32,000 bases of DNA from Candidatus Thorarchaeota archaeon (GCA_003345555.1 PRDJ01000006.1:12136-44135), one strand, 5' to 3'. Shown: positions 1 through 9,418, numbered from the stretch's first letter. Translations and numbers: made by a program. Notes: generated by a model not told the origin, from the letters alone.

Positions 1-1260
1 GGCAGTGCCGAAGAATATCTGCAGAACGGTTGCGTATGTCAGTGTACCCAACGCAAGTATCAACCAGAAGTACAGGGAGATGTGTGGTACGTGGTACTTG
101 GGATGAACGCTTGCGAACATCTCAGGACAGAACCGGTCCATAGCCATTGAGTGGAATGGCCTTGTCACCCACAGTGCGTTGCTTGGCGAGTCAAGGACGC
201 TTGCATAGATTGGGCTTAGGATTATGAACCAACCAGCTGCACCACCCCTCAGAGCTACAGCAGCGAAGTTACCCCAGCCTGGGAAGACACCACCAGCCCC
301 CGCCATGTTGGCGAGGTTGTTCTGGTAGAGGAATCCGCCCATGCTGCTTTCGACTGCATAGCCTGAGAGAATGAAGAATACAGCTATGCCCAGCCAGCCA
401 CCTAGGTTGCTAAGCGGGATGTTCCTGCTTGGCTGTGCAACCTCACCGGCAACTGGCATGATCAAGTAGGGCCACATCATTCCTACAGTGAGGATGAGGG
501 CTGGTCCAACTGAACCCCAGTTGAAGGTCGTCCAATTAGCCAGAGTTGTTCCTGCAGGGAGGGGTACTGCTTGAATGGCCGCATAGTTTCCTGCCCCAAA
601 GACAGCGTCCCAGTTTGCCTGGCCAGTTGCACCTACGCCTATATTCGTGCTCAGCAGGGCTGCATCAGCGACCACGATGGCCAAGATGTTGATTATACCG
701 AGGATAATCACAAACCAACCTAGCCACTTAACACTCAGGTAACCGAAGATGAACCCCACGAAGATAGTTGCGGCTGCGAATACGAACAGAGGCACTGGCT
801 GGGCCATAAAGGCTGCTAGACTGACAAGGCCAGCGTCGTTGCCCGCTTTGCCCATGACGTAGAGTCCTCCTGCGAATACCTGTACAGCTAGGAAGCTTCC
901 AGTTCCTCTGAAGACAGGGTTTGTGATTACGCTTCGCCAACCTTCCATGACACCGAAGATTGGTGATAGGCCTCTTCCTGTAAAGTAGTAGGAAGCTCCT
1001 GACCTCGGCATTGAGAGCATCAGGCACATCAGCGCGATTGCCTCAAAGAATACAGCGAATGAACCCAAAGCGAACATCGCTGTCAGATGCGCACCCGCGA
1101 ACCACGTGGAGATCTGTGGTCCACCATAGGCGAACCACGGACCCAACGTGAGTGCAATGGGAAGCAACAGGGCGAACCCTGTGTTTACTTCCTTGACTAG
1201 ACCGGAGCTCTCTCGCACGAAGAGGAGTTTGCTTTCGCTCATCTTGCGCGTTTTCTCCAT
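1..1260 (-). CDS. APC-family amino acid/polyamine permease, partial (runs off the window's left edge)
   Basis: Translated by hand; absent from the ORF track because it has no stop in the window. It reads MEKTRKMSESKLLFVRESSGLVKEV...LSMPRSGASYY...VAGEVAQPSRNIP...MDRFCPEMFASVHPKYHVP, with many hydrophobic helices and typical APC motifs. Alternative ATG at 1242. Confidence 0.9.
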   Translation of the reverse strand, partial: MEKTRKMSESKLLFVRESSGLVKEVNTGFALLLPIALTLGPWFAYGGPQISTWFAGAHLTAMFALGSFAVFFEAIALMCLMLSMPRSGASYYFTGRGLSPIFGVMEGWRSVITNPVFRGTGSFLAVQVFAGGLYVMGKAGNDAGLVSLAAFMAQPVPLFVFAAATIFVGFIFGYLSVKWLGWFVIILGIINILAIVVADAALLSTNIGVGATGQANWDAVFGAGNYAAIQAVPLPAGTTLANWTTFNWGSVGPALILTVGMMWPYLIMPVAGEVAQPSRNIPLSNLGGWLGIAVFFILSGYAVESSMGGFLYQNNLANMAGAGGVFPGWGNFAAVALRGGAAGWFIILSPIYASVLDSPSNALWVTRPFHSMAMDRFCPEMFASVHPKYHVPHISLYFWLILALGTLTYATVLQIFFGTA

Positions 1261-1483
1261 TTTTACTTTCACGAACTCATGGTTCGAGTACCGTGATAGA
1301 ACCCGTCTGTGCAACTACTGGTACTTAAAGCTTAGGACCGACCGCGGATTAAAGCACTAAATGGGTCCTTCATCAGGCCATAACATCAAAGCCGCGCTCT
1401 CTACTCACCGGTTAGGCGCAAACACTCAAGCTGCCCCTCTGTTCTTGGATACAGAGTGCAGTATTGGAAAGGCTTTGTTTGTG

Positions 1484-2254
1484 TTATAGATTCTCGAAGA
1501 AATCAGTGTCTAGGACCAAGACTTCGACCCGCTTTGTTCTTACGCCTGTTCTGCTCTCAAGTAAAACGTTCAGCAGGATATCTATATCCATCAGATGAAT
1601 CGGGTAAACTGACACTTTCTTGTCGTGATTCGAATAACCAAGTGCCGCCTTGCGGGCCTCTTCACTGACACGACCGTTTGTGATCAATACTCCTTGGTTC
1701 GCTTCGTAGATGGGGAGAGCTCCCCTAATCTGAAGAATGGTACTTGGCTCAATCTCCTCATCAAGTTCACACTTAATTGCGTATACCAATACTGGGGACC
1801 GTCCTCCATCATCTCGCCACGAGATTTTCATCATGACAGTGTTTCCGTCTCGTCCGACGATCTCCAACTCCTCGACCCTAGCGCGAATGTTGATCAGAGC
1901 TATTTTCGCCAGATTCTCGAATGCCTTGACATCCAGTGCGGCAATGGCTTCTCTCATGTCCCTTCGTGTTGCGGCGTTGAAATCCTCCGCCCTGTCTCTC
2001 ACCTCTGCGATGAGGTCTTCATCTACTGCCCCCTCACAGATGTCGTTGTACCGGTACAAGCCGGGGGCAACTCTTAGGAAGTACGCAGGACGCTTATCTA
2101 TCTGGGCCTGCTTCCCCTCGATTGAAAGAGAGGCAGACACAGAAGCAGGGTCTCTTCGAAGCGCCCCCGCTATATCCTTGTAATGGACTGGTTTCACTCG
2201 GGCATTCTCTGCTAGCCATTGCTTGAGGGTTCGTCTTTGCTCTCTTGCTTCCAT
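1484..2254 (-). CDS. HARE-HTH (HB1-type) domain fused to an Mrr-like restriction-endonuclease-fold domain with degenerate catalytic motif
   Basis: N-terminal PVHYKDIA...SVSASLS...FLRVAPGLY resembles HARE-HTH. The C-terminal LDVKAFENL...IRGAL...QGVLITNGRVSEEARKAA...IHLMD...GV...LDTDFF follows the Mrr_cat pattern. Confidence 0.75.
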   Translation of the reverse strand: MEAREQRRTLKQWLAENARVKPVHYKDIAGALRRDPASVSASLSIEGKQAQIDKRPAYFLRVAPGLYRYNDICEGAVDEDLIAEVRDRAEDFNAATRRDMREAIAALDVKAFENLAKIALINIRARVEELEIVGRDGNTVMMKISWRDDGGRSPVLVYAIKCELDEEIEPSTILQIRGALPIYEANQGVLITNGRVSEEARKAALGYSNHDKKVSVYPIHLMDIDILLNVLLESRTGVRTKRVEVLVLDTDFFENL

Positions 2255-2467
2255 TGGGCGACACCACAGATCTCTGTTTCTTCACCTTCGGCCAAAGGTG
2301 ATACTGCTGATTCACTTCATGCTATTGCACTTGTCAGTGACCCCGAGGGTGATCTCCGTCAGTTCGTTCTCACCAAGCGACATGCACTTCTTGGCGAGTT
2401 GAGCCTCGTTCTCCGATCACTTAGTGATGATTTGGCGCATCACGGGGGTGTTAATTCTCACCAAATG

Positions 2468-2487
2468 CTTAATATAAACTTTAAGAA
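2468..2487. promoter_or_regulatory. Candidate bidirectional BRE/TATA element
   Basis: AT-rich CTTAATATAAACTTTAAG between divergent genes; reads AAAGTTTATATTAAG on the minus strand. Confidence 0.5.
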
Positions 2488-2521
2488 CGCATTACACAAC
2501 AGTGCGGGAGCGCCTAGAGAT

Positions 2522-2812
2522 ATGGCTCAGGTCTTTGTGAAACTCATGGCGAGGGGGCTAAAGTCCAGTGAGCATGACAAGTTTCCTCTTCAGACCAGAC
2601 CAGACGCAACAGTCAGAGACCTGATTGACGAGCTTTGTGAAGAGCAACCGCAGAGGTTCAGGATTTACCTCAGTGACCCTGAAAAGAGGCAGCTGAGAAG
2701 AGATGCCATAGTGATTGTTAATGGCATGAATATGGTAGCACGTAAGGGCGAAAAGACGAGACTCTCTGACGGAGACCTCATTGTTTTCATGATTGCGGCT
2801 GTCGGCGGGTAA
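2522..2812 (+). CDS. MoaD/ThiS/SAMP-like ubiquitin-fold protein with C-terminal di-glycine (96 aa)
   Basis: MAQVFVKL...TVRDLIDEL...IVIVNG...LSDGDLIVFMIAAVGG*. The beta-grasp pattern begins at ATG 2522, not at the track's 2219. Confidence 0.85.
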   Translation: MAQVFVKLMARGLKSSEHDKFPLQTRPDATVRDLIDELCEEQPQRFRIYLSDPEKRQLRRDAIVIVNGMNMVARKGEKTRLSDGDLIVFMIAAVGG

Positions 2813-2908
2813 CATTCTCTCTGCCGACATTCGCATCTCAAGCCGCCTAGACAGTCTGAGTGTTCAAGGCATGCTCGGGCACTCTGTGTGTGACACATCC
2901 GGGAATTC

Positions 2909-4105
2909 TCAGTCATCAGAGATATAGTCCGGCTCAAGGATTGCCTTGTCTGCCAGCCCTGCCGATACTGCTACAATCTCAGCAACGTCTGCTACTTTCA
3001 ACGGAGCATCGGTCTTGTACGCCGCATGAGTTAGATTCAGTTCGCACGCTGGACACATGGTGGCAAGCACAGAGGCTGTTGTCTGGAGAGCGTCTCTTAG
3101 CCGTTCTTCGGAGACCTGCTGCGAGTAGTCGGGATACATAATCTTCAAGCCGCCCCCACCACCGCAACAGAATGCTTGTTCCCGGATACGAGACATCTCC
3201 TTTAGTTGAACACCTGGAATCGCTGTCAGTACTTTCCGACCTTGGTCGTACATTCCTCTGTAGCGACCGATCTCGCATGGGTCGTGATATGTCACGACTT
3301 TGGGTACACTCGTCTTCAACGGAAGTCGTTTCTGAGCTACAATCTCCTCAAGCACTTGACTGCTATGTCTCACCTTGAACGGAGGTTCTTTCAACCCAAG
3401 GAGCTGTGGGTACTCTTCATCGAACGCTCTGAAGCAGCTTGGGCATGGTGTGATTATCTCTTTGACTCCGCGTGCCTTCAGCTTCTTGACATAGTCTTGG
3501 GCCCATTGCTTGGCCGCCCTAACATCACCAGTGACCCACATCGGTGTGCCACAACATCTCTGGTCGTCCCCAAGGAAATCGAGCTTGTAACCTGCTGCCT
3601 GCAAGACTTGAACGAGTATGCGAGTCTTCTCCTTGAATCTGTGGCTGGCGAGACAACCAGGGAAGAACAAGGTGCCAGATCCTTTCTGGAACTTGATGCC
3701 CTGGGCCCATTTCGTATGTTCTGAGGTTGAATCGGCAAAGATGTTTCCTTTCTGGGCCATGGTGCTCGTCATCTTGCCCCCTTCTTCCGGTGCTCCCACC
3801 CCGCGGTCGACAAAATCGGCACGCATCGCTTTCGTTATCGCAACGATGTCTATCTTGGCGGCCTTCTTGCACTCCTCTCTGCACCGTCCACAGAGAAAAC
3901 ATCCGAAGACTCGCTCTCTGAGGTCTTTTGAATAATCGAGCTTACCCTCGAGAATGGCGCGAGCGATGGCCATTCGTCCTCGAGCTGTCGAAGACTCCCA
4001 TCTCTGAGTGAAAATCTGTGGGCACCTATCACTGAACTCTGTGCCCCGGCAGAACTCACATCTTCCACAGGCGTAGATCATGTCACGATACTGCTCGATT
4101 TTCAT
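2909..4105 (-). CDS. Fe-S oxidoreductase subunit with 2x[4Fe-4S] and two CCG domains (GlcF/GlpC/HdrD-like)
   Basis: CGRCEFC..CP and CFLCGRCREEC ferredoxin motifs, then FPGC, RCCG, CPSC, YHDPC, CCGGGGG and CPAC. Confidence 0.9.
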   Translation of the reverse strand: MKIEQYRDMIYACGRCEFCRGTEFSDRCPQIFTQRWESSTARGRMAIARAILEGKLDYSKDLRERVFGCFLCGRCREECKKAAKIDIVAITKAMRADFVDRGVGAPEEGGKMTSTMAQKGNIFADSTSEHTKWAQGIKFQKGSGTLFFPGCLASHRFKEKTRILVQVLQAAGYKLDFLGDDQRCCGTPMWVTGDVRAAKQWAQDYVKKLKARGVKEIITPCPSCFRAFDEEYPQLLGLKEPPFKVRHSSQVLEEIVAQKRLPLKTSVPKVVTYHDPCEIGRYRGMYDQGRKVLTAIPGVQLKEMSRIREQAFCCGGGGGLKIMYPDYSQQVSEERLRDALQTTASVLATMCPACELNLTHAAYKTDAPLKVADVAEIVAVSAGLADKAILEPDYISDD

Positions 4106-5484
4106 ATCAAGTCCTCCTTTCGGACGAATATGCCGCGCTGAAGAATGTCCTTTGGATCAACCGCTTTCTTAATCGTCTTCAGAAGACGATAGTATCCCGT
4201 GTCTCTTTTTTCTAAGAATGGGCGAAGACCATCGCGGCCACCGATACCGTATGGAGCGACGGGCCCATTCAGGACAATCTCGTTAATCTCATCTGAGATC
4301 CTGATGATCTCTTCCCACTCTGCGGGCTCTCTGTAGTTGGTGACCATGAAGGCCAACCAATCTCTGGGTAACACTTGCCCACCGAATCCTGCTTTCTTAT
4401 ACCCCCTTTTCTCTATGAGCTCCTCACGCCACACGCGATAGAGGAATTTTATGTCGTCGATTCTCAGGGAGCCTGAGCCGAAGAAATGCCAGACTCCGGC
4501 AGTGAAAATATCTGTCAGTCCAGTGAGGATTCGGCCGTAATAGTCATCGGCTGGAGCTCTATCGCCGAGCGTTCCCCCAAGTTCTTTGATCTTTTCTAGG
4601 ATGCGCGTCTTCCTGTAGTCGACTATCTCTCTCTCATAACCAAATACATCCATCATTACTAGGAAAGTCTCCGGCGAATTCGGATCCACCCAGAGGTAGA
4701 ACCCTTGAAGATACTCGTCACCCACACAGCGGTTGACGAAGTGACCTAGTTCGATAACATCGTCAAGGGTTTTCATCACTGCAACCATTCTTTCCTTGAC
4801 ATCTGTTGCTGGACGAATCCTTAGGGTGATTTCAGTGCATATGCCCAGAATCCCTTCTGCTCCTATGAAGAGACCAGCAAGATCGGGCCCGACACACTGC
4901 CGCTTGAACTTCCCGGCTGATGGCCATGCAGCAGACCCTGTTTCCACGATGTCTCCATTAGGCAGCACCATCTCCAAGGTTATGATGTCTTGATTGCCAT
5001 GAAACCCGAACTTGGCAGTGCTATGAGGTCCGCCGCCGGCCTTCATCACAGAACCTCCGATTGTCATCGCCGGACCGCCAGCCTCACTGCACAGATAGGT
5101 CAGTCCCTTCTTTCTGAGCTCTTGGTCCAGTTTCGCCCAAGTGCAGTTGGGCTGGATGGTTGCTGTCAAATCCCTATCATTGATTTCGAGTATCTGATTC
5201 ATCAGGCTCATGTCGAGTAGAATTCCCGGCTCCTGAGGGAGATATGCGTCCCAATGTGAGGTTCCTCCCCCTCGTATATAGACGGGCACATTGTTGTCTG
5301 ATGCAACTCGAAGAATCCCACGGACTTCCTCACGGCTTTCGGGCATCACAATATGCGTGGCCATCTTCTGTCTGGCAGGACTCAAATCCCTGCTATATGC
5401 CACGATGTCAAAATCTCTGTCCGTGACGCGTTTCGGATCCACCGCCTGTTTGAGCAACTGGGTTACTTTCGGAACATCAACCAT
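4102..5484 (-). CDS. FAD-binding oxidoreductase (GlcD/D-2-hydroxyacid dehydrogenase/VAO-PCMH family)
   Basis: P....EEV..IL..A......V..RGGGTS, LEMVLPNGDIV, GLFIGAEGILGI and DPKDILQRG motifs. 4-nt overlap with the downstream Fe-S gene. Confidence 0.9.
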   Translation of the reverse strand: MVDVPKVTQLLKQAVDPKRVTDRDFDIVAYSRDLSPARQKMATHIVMPESREEVRGILRVASDNNVPVYIRGGGTSHWDAYLPQEPGILLDMSLMNQILEINDRDLTATIQPNCTWAKLDQELRKKGLTYLCSEAGGPAMTIGGSVMKAGGGPHSTAKFGFHGNQDIITLEMVLPNGDIVETGSAAWPSAGKFKRQCVGPDLAGLFIGAEGILGICTEITLRIRPATDVKERMVAVMKTLDDVIELGHFVNRCVGDEYLQGFYLWVDPNSPETFLVMMDVFGYEREIVDYRKTRILEKIKELGGTLGDRAPADDYYGRILTGLTDIFTAGVWHFFGSGSLRIDDIKFLYRVWREELIEKRGYKKAGFGGQVLPRDWLAFMVTNYREPAEWEEIIRISDEINEIVLNGPVAPYGIGGRDGLRPFLEKRDTGYYRLLKTIKKAVDPKDILQRGIFVRKEDLI

Positions 5485-5640
5485 CGCATATCGCTCCAGA
5501 TGAGGCTCTCCATGCTTGGGATAATGCTGGACGACCTTGGAGAGCTTCCTATTATTAAATCCGCGGGAATAGTCTTGTTAAAGCGTGGGATTGTTTCGCA
5601 TGCAGCTCTTTTAATAGTGGATTTCCGTGAGGCCTTATTG

Positions 5641-6768
5641 ATGAAGCCTCGAGAGAGATTCTACAGGATAGTCGAGCATGAGGAGTCAGATAGGGTTCCA
5701 CTCGACTTCTGGATTACCCCCGCCGCATACGCAAATGTCCGCGACTATCTCAAGATTACAGCCCCTGAGACTCAAGAATGGGGCATAATGAGTTCTTGGA
5801 AGATATCGGAGGAAATGCTGCGTCGGCTCCATTTGGATTTCAGACGGGTCTACATGAAGGAGGCATCATCCTTCAAGTCGAAGACCTATCCAGATGGCAC
5901 AACTGATAGCGAGATGGGCTTCAGGGGCAAATGGTTTGGCCCATATTGGGAGGTCGTGCACTACCCTTGGGCTGACGCCACAGAGATGAAGCAGATAGAG
6001 GAGTATGAATGGCTGGACCCTGACGACCCCTCAAGGATGGAAGGCGTTGTCGAATGGGCTAAGCAGCTCCACGAGAAGGGCGACTACGCAGTCATCGGAA
6101 TGGTCGGAGGGCCTTGGGGCGTCTTTGAGATGTGTGCTCATTACATGAGAGGCTTCGACAAGTTCCTCGTGGACCTAGTCGAGCACACAAAGCTCGCTGA
6201 GGTCATGATGGACAAGTGCATGAATCTAGCGTTGGAGATGAATCGTGCCTTCCTCGACGAGGTAGGTCAGTACATAGATGTTGTGCAGGTGGGCGACGAC
6301 CTTGGGCACCAGAATGGGCTTATTATGAGTCCGGCCATGTACCGAAGATTGGTGAAGCCTAGGCACATGCGGATATACCAAGACATTCACAGGAGAGCAC
6401 CTAATGTCAAGATTCTCTATCACAGCTGTGGAGCAATAGAGCCGATGATTAACGATCTCATAGAGGTCGGTGTTGACATCCTAAATCCAATTCAGCCTCT
6501 CGCAAAGGGCATGGATTCTGCAGAGCTCAAGAAGAAATATGGCAGCAGGCTTACTTTCCATGGAGGAATCGATCTTCAGCACACCATGTCGACACAAGGT
6601 ACAAAGAACGACCTCCGAGCGGAAGTGGATAGAAGACTCAAGGCTCTCGCACCCGGCGGCGGATACATACTGGCGCCGGCCCACAATATTCAGGATGACT
6701 CTACACCCGAAAAGATAGTGTACCTGTATGATTACGCTGAGAAGAAGGGCAGGTATCCCATATCCTGA
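5641..6768 (+). CDS. Uroporphyrinogen decarboxylase (URO-D)/MtaA-CmuA superfamily protein
   Basis: MKPRER...DRVP, MRGFDKFLVDL, GDDLGHQNGLIMSP, YHSCG, LNPIQP and GGGYILAPAHNIQ. ATG 5641 follows GAGG at an 8-nt spacing. Confidence 0.85.
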   Translation: MKPRERFYRIVEHEESDRVPLDFWITPAAYANVRDYLKITAPETQEWGIMSSWKISEEMLRRLHLDFRRVYMKEASSFKSKTYPDGTTDSEMGFRGKWFGPYWEVVHYPWADATEMKQIEEYEWLDPDDPSRMEGVVEWAKQLHEKGDYAVIGMVGGPWGVFEMCAHYMRGFDKFLVDLVEHTKLAEVMMDKCMNLALEMNRAFLDEVGQYIDVVQVGDDLGHQNGLIMSPAMYRRLVKPRHMRIYQDIHRRAPNVKILYHSCGAIEPMINDLIEVGVDILNPIQPLAKGMDSAELKKKYGSRLTFHGGIDLQHTMSTQGTKNDLRAEVDRRLKALAPGGGYILAPAHNIQDDSTPEKIVYLYDYAEKKGRYPIS

Positions 6769-6857
6769 GTCGTCATGTTCCTGGATCGGAGCAACATTCC
6801 CGTTGATGCGTCCACGATGAAGCGACGCTCTACTGTCTATATTTGGAAAGAATGGTA

Positions 6858-6880
6858 GCAGGCCCATCACCTTGGCCTGC
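6858..6880. terminator. GC-rich hairpin between convergent genes, possible terminator
   Basis: Perfect 7-bp stem GCAGGCC/GGCCTGC with a 9-nt loop; no clear U-tract. Confidence 0.3.
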
Positions 6881-6901
6881 AACCTGCGGCAGAGCAGCGG
6901 C

Positions 6902-7567
6902 CTATGGGATTGGTTTCTGTTTGTGAAGTTCTTGTGGGTCCTTGCCTTGGTCGAGCATACTTCCCCACCATTTGTCGGTTGCAACCACACGTTCAGCTGC
7001 TGTCAAGACCTCTTCTATTCTGCTCTCCGGAATCACAACAATGCCGTCTCCATCTCCGAAGAGGAGATCCCCCGGGTGCACTGTAACACCCCCGCACACT
7101 GTTGGCTCGCCGATGGATTCGATATCTAGCCGTGCCCGTATGGTTCCCGGATGACGACCCCTGGCAAAGACTGGGAATCCTATCTTGTCGGTCTCGTCCA
7201 CGTCTCTGACCGTACCATCCAGAACAGCCCCGCGCAGCCCACGGGATGCACTGATCTTAGTCATTATCTGACCCCAACCAGAACAGTCTGTGGCTCCAGC
7301 CATCTGGATGACCACCACGTCATCTTTCTTAGCTTCTGTGGCTATCTTCATGAAAGCCTCTAGCTGAGTCTCGTTGTACGGAATCCTCACGGCGGACTGC
7401 ACAAGCTTGGCCGGTCTAGCAAAGCCTATGACAGTCCTGTTCTTCGTCACTGGTGCGATTCTGCTATCCATGCAGACGTTCCGGAGACCGATTTCGTCCG
7501 AGCCATCTGACAACGCGGCCACATACATCTTCTTGCATCGGTCGATAATGCTTGCTCTCTTGCTCAT
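6902..7567 (-). CDS. RraA-like / HMG-CHA aldolase family protein
   Basis: ALSD, WGQIMT, GAVLDGTVRDVDE and VTVHPGDLLFGDGDGIVVIP motifs. Confidence 0.85.
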   Translation of the reverse strand: MSKRASIIDRCKKMYVAALSDGSDEIGLRNVCMDSRIAPVTKNRTVIGFARPAKLVQSAVRIPYNETQLEAFMKIATEAKKDDVVVIQMAGATDCSGWGQIMTKISASRGLRGAVLDGTVRDVDETDKIGFPVFARGRHPGTIRARLDIESIGEPTVCGGVTVHPGDLLFGDGDGIVVIPESRIEEVLTAAERVVATDKWWGSMLDQGKDPQELHKQKPIP

Positions 7568-7601
7568 CGATTGTTATCTCCAAATCAAAACCACACAGTG
7601 G

Positions 7602-8072
7602 TTACTTTGAGTACCGATATACGCAGTACTCGTCGCCGCGCATCATGCATTTCGGCAGAGTCATCTTCACCTTAGGGTCAACTGCTTGGCCAATCCCTTC
7701 GTCCATCTTCGTGACCCAATCACAGATATCTTGTCCTGCATGCTCGGCCCTGAATGTCTCTATCCACGGGCAGTAAGTGACTTTCATCTCGAGTTCCTTG
7801 TCCGTTGCCTTCTGAAGCTCAATTTCAAAGCCAAAGTAGGGATGTGCTCCAACAAAGAACTCCACGATTGACTTCAAGTCGCTCTTGCGAAGACCGCCTT
7901 GCTTGATTCCGGCCTTCCCGAGTTCGAGGCCATGAAGCCGATTAGCTTCGCCTATGGCAACCAAGCCCTTCTGACCAACGGCTTTGCGAACTGCTTCCAC
8001 ATACACTGCGTGAGCACTAGCCAGAGTGGCCATACTCGATCTTCGCACATCATCTGCGGTTGGAGACGTCAT
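7602..8072 (-). CDS. V4R-like / L-2-amino-thiazoline-4-carboxylate hydrolase-like family protein
   Basis: YCPW...ICD...MDEG...KCMMRGDEYC cysteine pattern typical of this family; the function is not established. Confidence 0.65.
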   Translation of the reverse strand: MTSPTADDVRRSSMATLASAHAVYVEAVRKAVGQKGLVAIGEANRLHGLELGKAGIKQGGLRKSDLKSIVEFFVGAHPYFGFEIELQKATDKELEMKVTYCPWIETFRAEHAGQDICDWVTKMDEGIGQAVDPKVKMTLPKCMMRGDEYCVYRYSK

Positions 8073-8248
8073 AATGCTTCACCATGTGGTTGTCTTTTGC
8101 ACTATGAGTTCTCGGCTGTCTTAAAACTGCTATGGAATGAATGAGGTACCAGTGGTCGCGGCATAACTCGCTGCAGTTATCACAATCGAGTATCTTTAAG
8201 AGGGCGTTGAAAGCGGGCTCTCACGTCAATTCTAGGTTGGTATGAGCC

Positions 8249-9418
8249 GTGCTCGCAGACAGAACCAAGCTGGTACCCGCTTCCGAGATTCGCAAGATGT
8301 ACAACATGGCCCGGGGCCGGTCGAACATCCTCGACCTAACAGTAGGCCAACCCGACTTTGATACACCGGATTTTATTAAGGTCGCAGCCAAGAAGGCCAT
8401 AGATGATGGCTACACCAAATACACGCACAACGCCGGTCTAATCGAGGTTCGGGAAGCTCTTGCGAAGAAAGCCAAACGGGAGAATGGAATTGACGCGAAT
8501 CCCGAGAAGGAAATCATCTGTACTGCCGGTGGCATGGGCTCTCTACTCCTCGCCAATCTTGTCCTAGTCAATCCGGGCGATGAGGTCATCTATCCCGATC
8601 CCGGCTTTGTCAGCCATTACGCTCATATTATGCTCTCAGGCGGAGTTCCGGTGCCTGTTCAGCTCAAGAGGGAAAACGGCTTCGCTGTACGTGCTGAAGA
8701 CATTGAGAAGCTCATCACTAGGAAGACCAAGCTGCTTGTCATAAACTACCCTAACAACCCTACTGGAGGTGTAATCTCCAATTCGGAACTCAAGAAGATA
8801 GCAGAGCTGGCAATCGCAAGGAACATCTTCGTGCTTGCTGATGAAGCCTACGAGAAGTTCAGGTATGGAGGAGAAAAGCCTCTCAACATAGGTTCTTTGC
8901 CCGGGATGAAGGAACGAACTATCACGCTTTTCTCGTTCTCTAAGAGCTACGCCATGACAGGTTGGAGAATCGGATTCGCAATTGGTCCGGAGGAAATAGT
9001 GGCTGCAATGGTAAGAATACAGGAGCACATTCTGTCGATGCCGACAGCGATTTCGCAGAAAGCTGCTGAGGCCGCAGTAACCGGACCTCAAGATTGCATT
9101 AAGATAATGCTCGATACTTTCAGAAAGCGAAGAGACGTCATCACAAAGGGTCTCCAGTCAATCGAAGGTATCAAGGTCGACCCTCCCGGGGGTGCGTTCT
9201 ACATCTTCCCGGACGTTTCGGCCTACAAGATGAAATCCTTCGACTTGGCAGTGAAGATTCTTGATGACACGGGCGTAGTCTTGGTGCACGGTTCAGGTTT
9301 CGGCAGATATGGCGAAGGATACCTGAGACTGTGTTATGCAGTGTCTACTGAGGTAATTCAGGATGCTCTGGGGCGACTCGACTCTTACTTGCCCAAGCTG
9401 CTCAAGAAGAGCAGATGA
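8249..9418 (+). CDS. PLP-dependent class I aminotransferase (aspartate aminotransferase-like)
   Basis: GQPDFDTP, INYPNNPTG, DEAYEKF, SFSKSYAMTGWRIG (PLP lysine) and GEGYLRLCY. Confidence 0.93.
   Translation: MLADRTKLVPASEIRKMYNMARGRSNILDLTVGQPDFDTPDFIKVAAKKAIDDGYTKYTHNAGLIEVREALAKKAKRENGIDANPEKEIICTAGGMGSLLLANLVLVNPGDEVIYPDPGFVSHYAHIMLSGGVPVPVQLKRENGFAVRAEDIEKLITRKTKLLVINYPNNPTGGVISNSELKKIAELAIARNIFVLADEAYEKFRYGGEKPLNIGSLPGMKERTITLFSFSKSYAMTGWRIGFAIGPEEIVAAMVRIQEHILSMPTAISQKAAEAAVTGPQDCIKIMLDTFRKRRDVITKGLQSIEGIKVDPPGGAFYIFPDVSAYKMKSFDLAVKILDDTGVVLVHGSGFGRYGEGYLRLCYAVSTEVIQDALGRLDSYLPKLLKKSR

Noticed and set aside
1261-1483. Possible RNA gene between the permease and the Mrr-like gene
   Set aside because: Only short 6-bp stems (AGGACC/GGTCCT, CTCTGT/ACAGAG); no tRNA, SRP or RNase P signatures.
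5641-6768. Calling it hemE or a methanogenesis methyltransferase
   Set aside because: No haem-pathway or corrinoid-protein context, and the motifs fit the broad uncharacterised URO-D-like group.
6902-7567. RNase E regulator or menG methyltransferase label
   Set aside because: These are legacy names for the fold; the catabolic context favours an aldolase/decarboxylase-type role.
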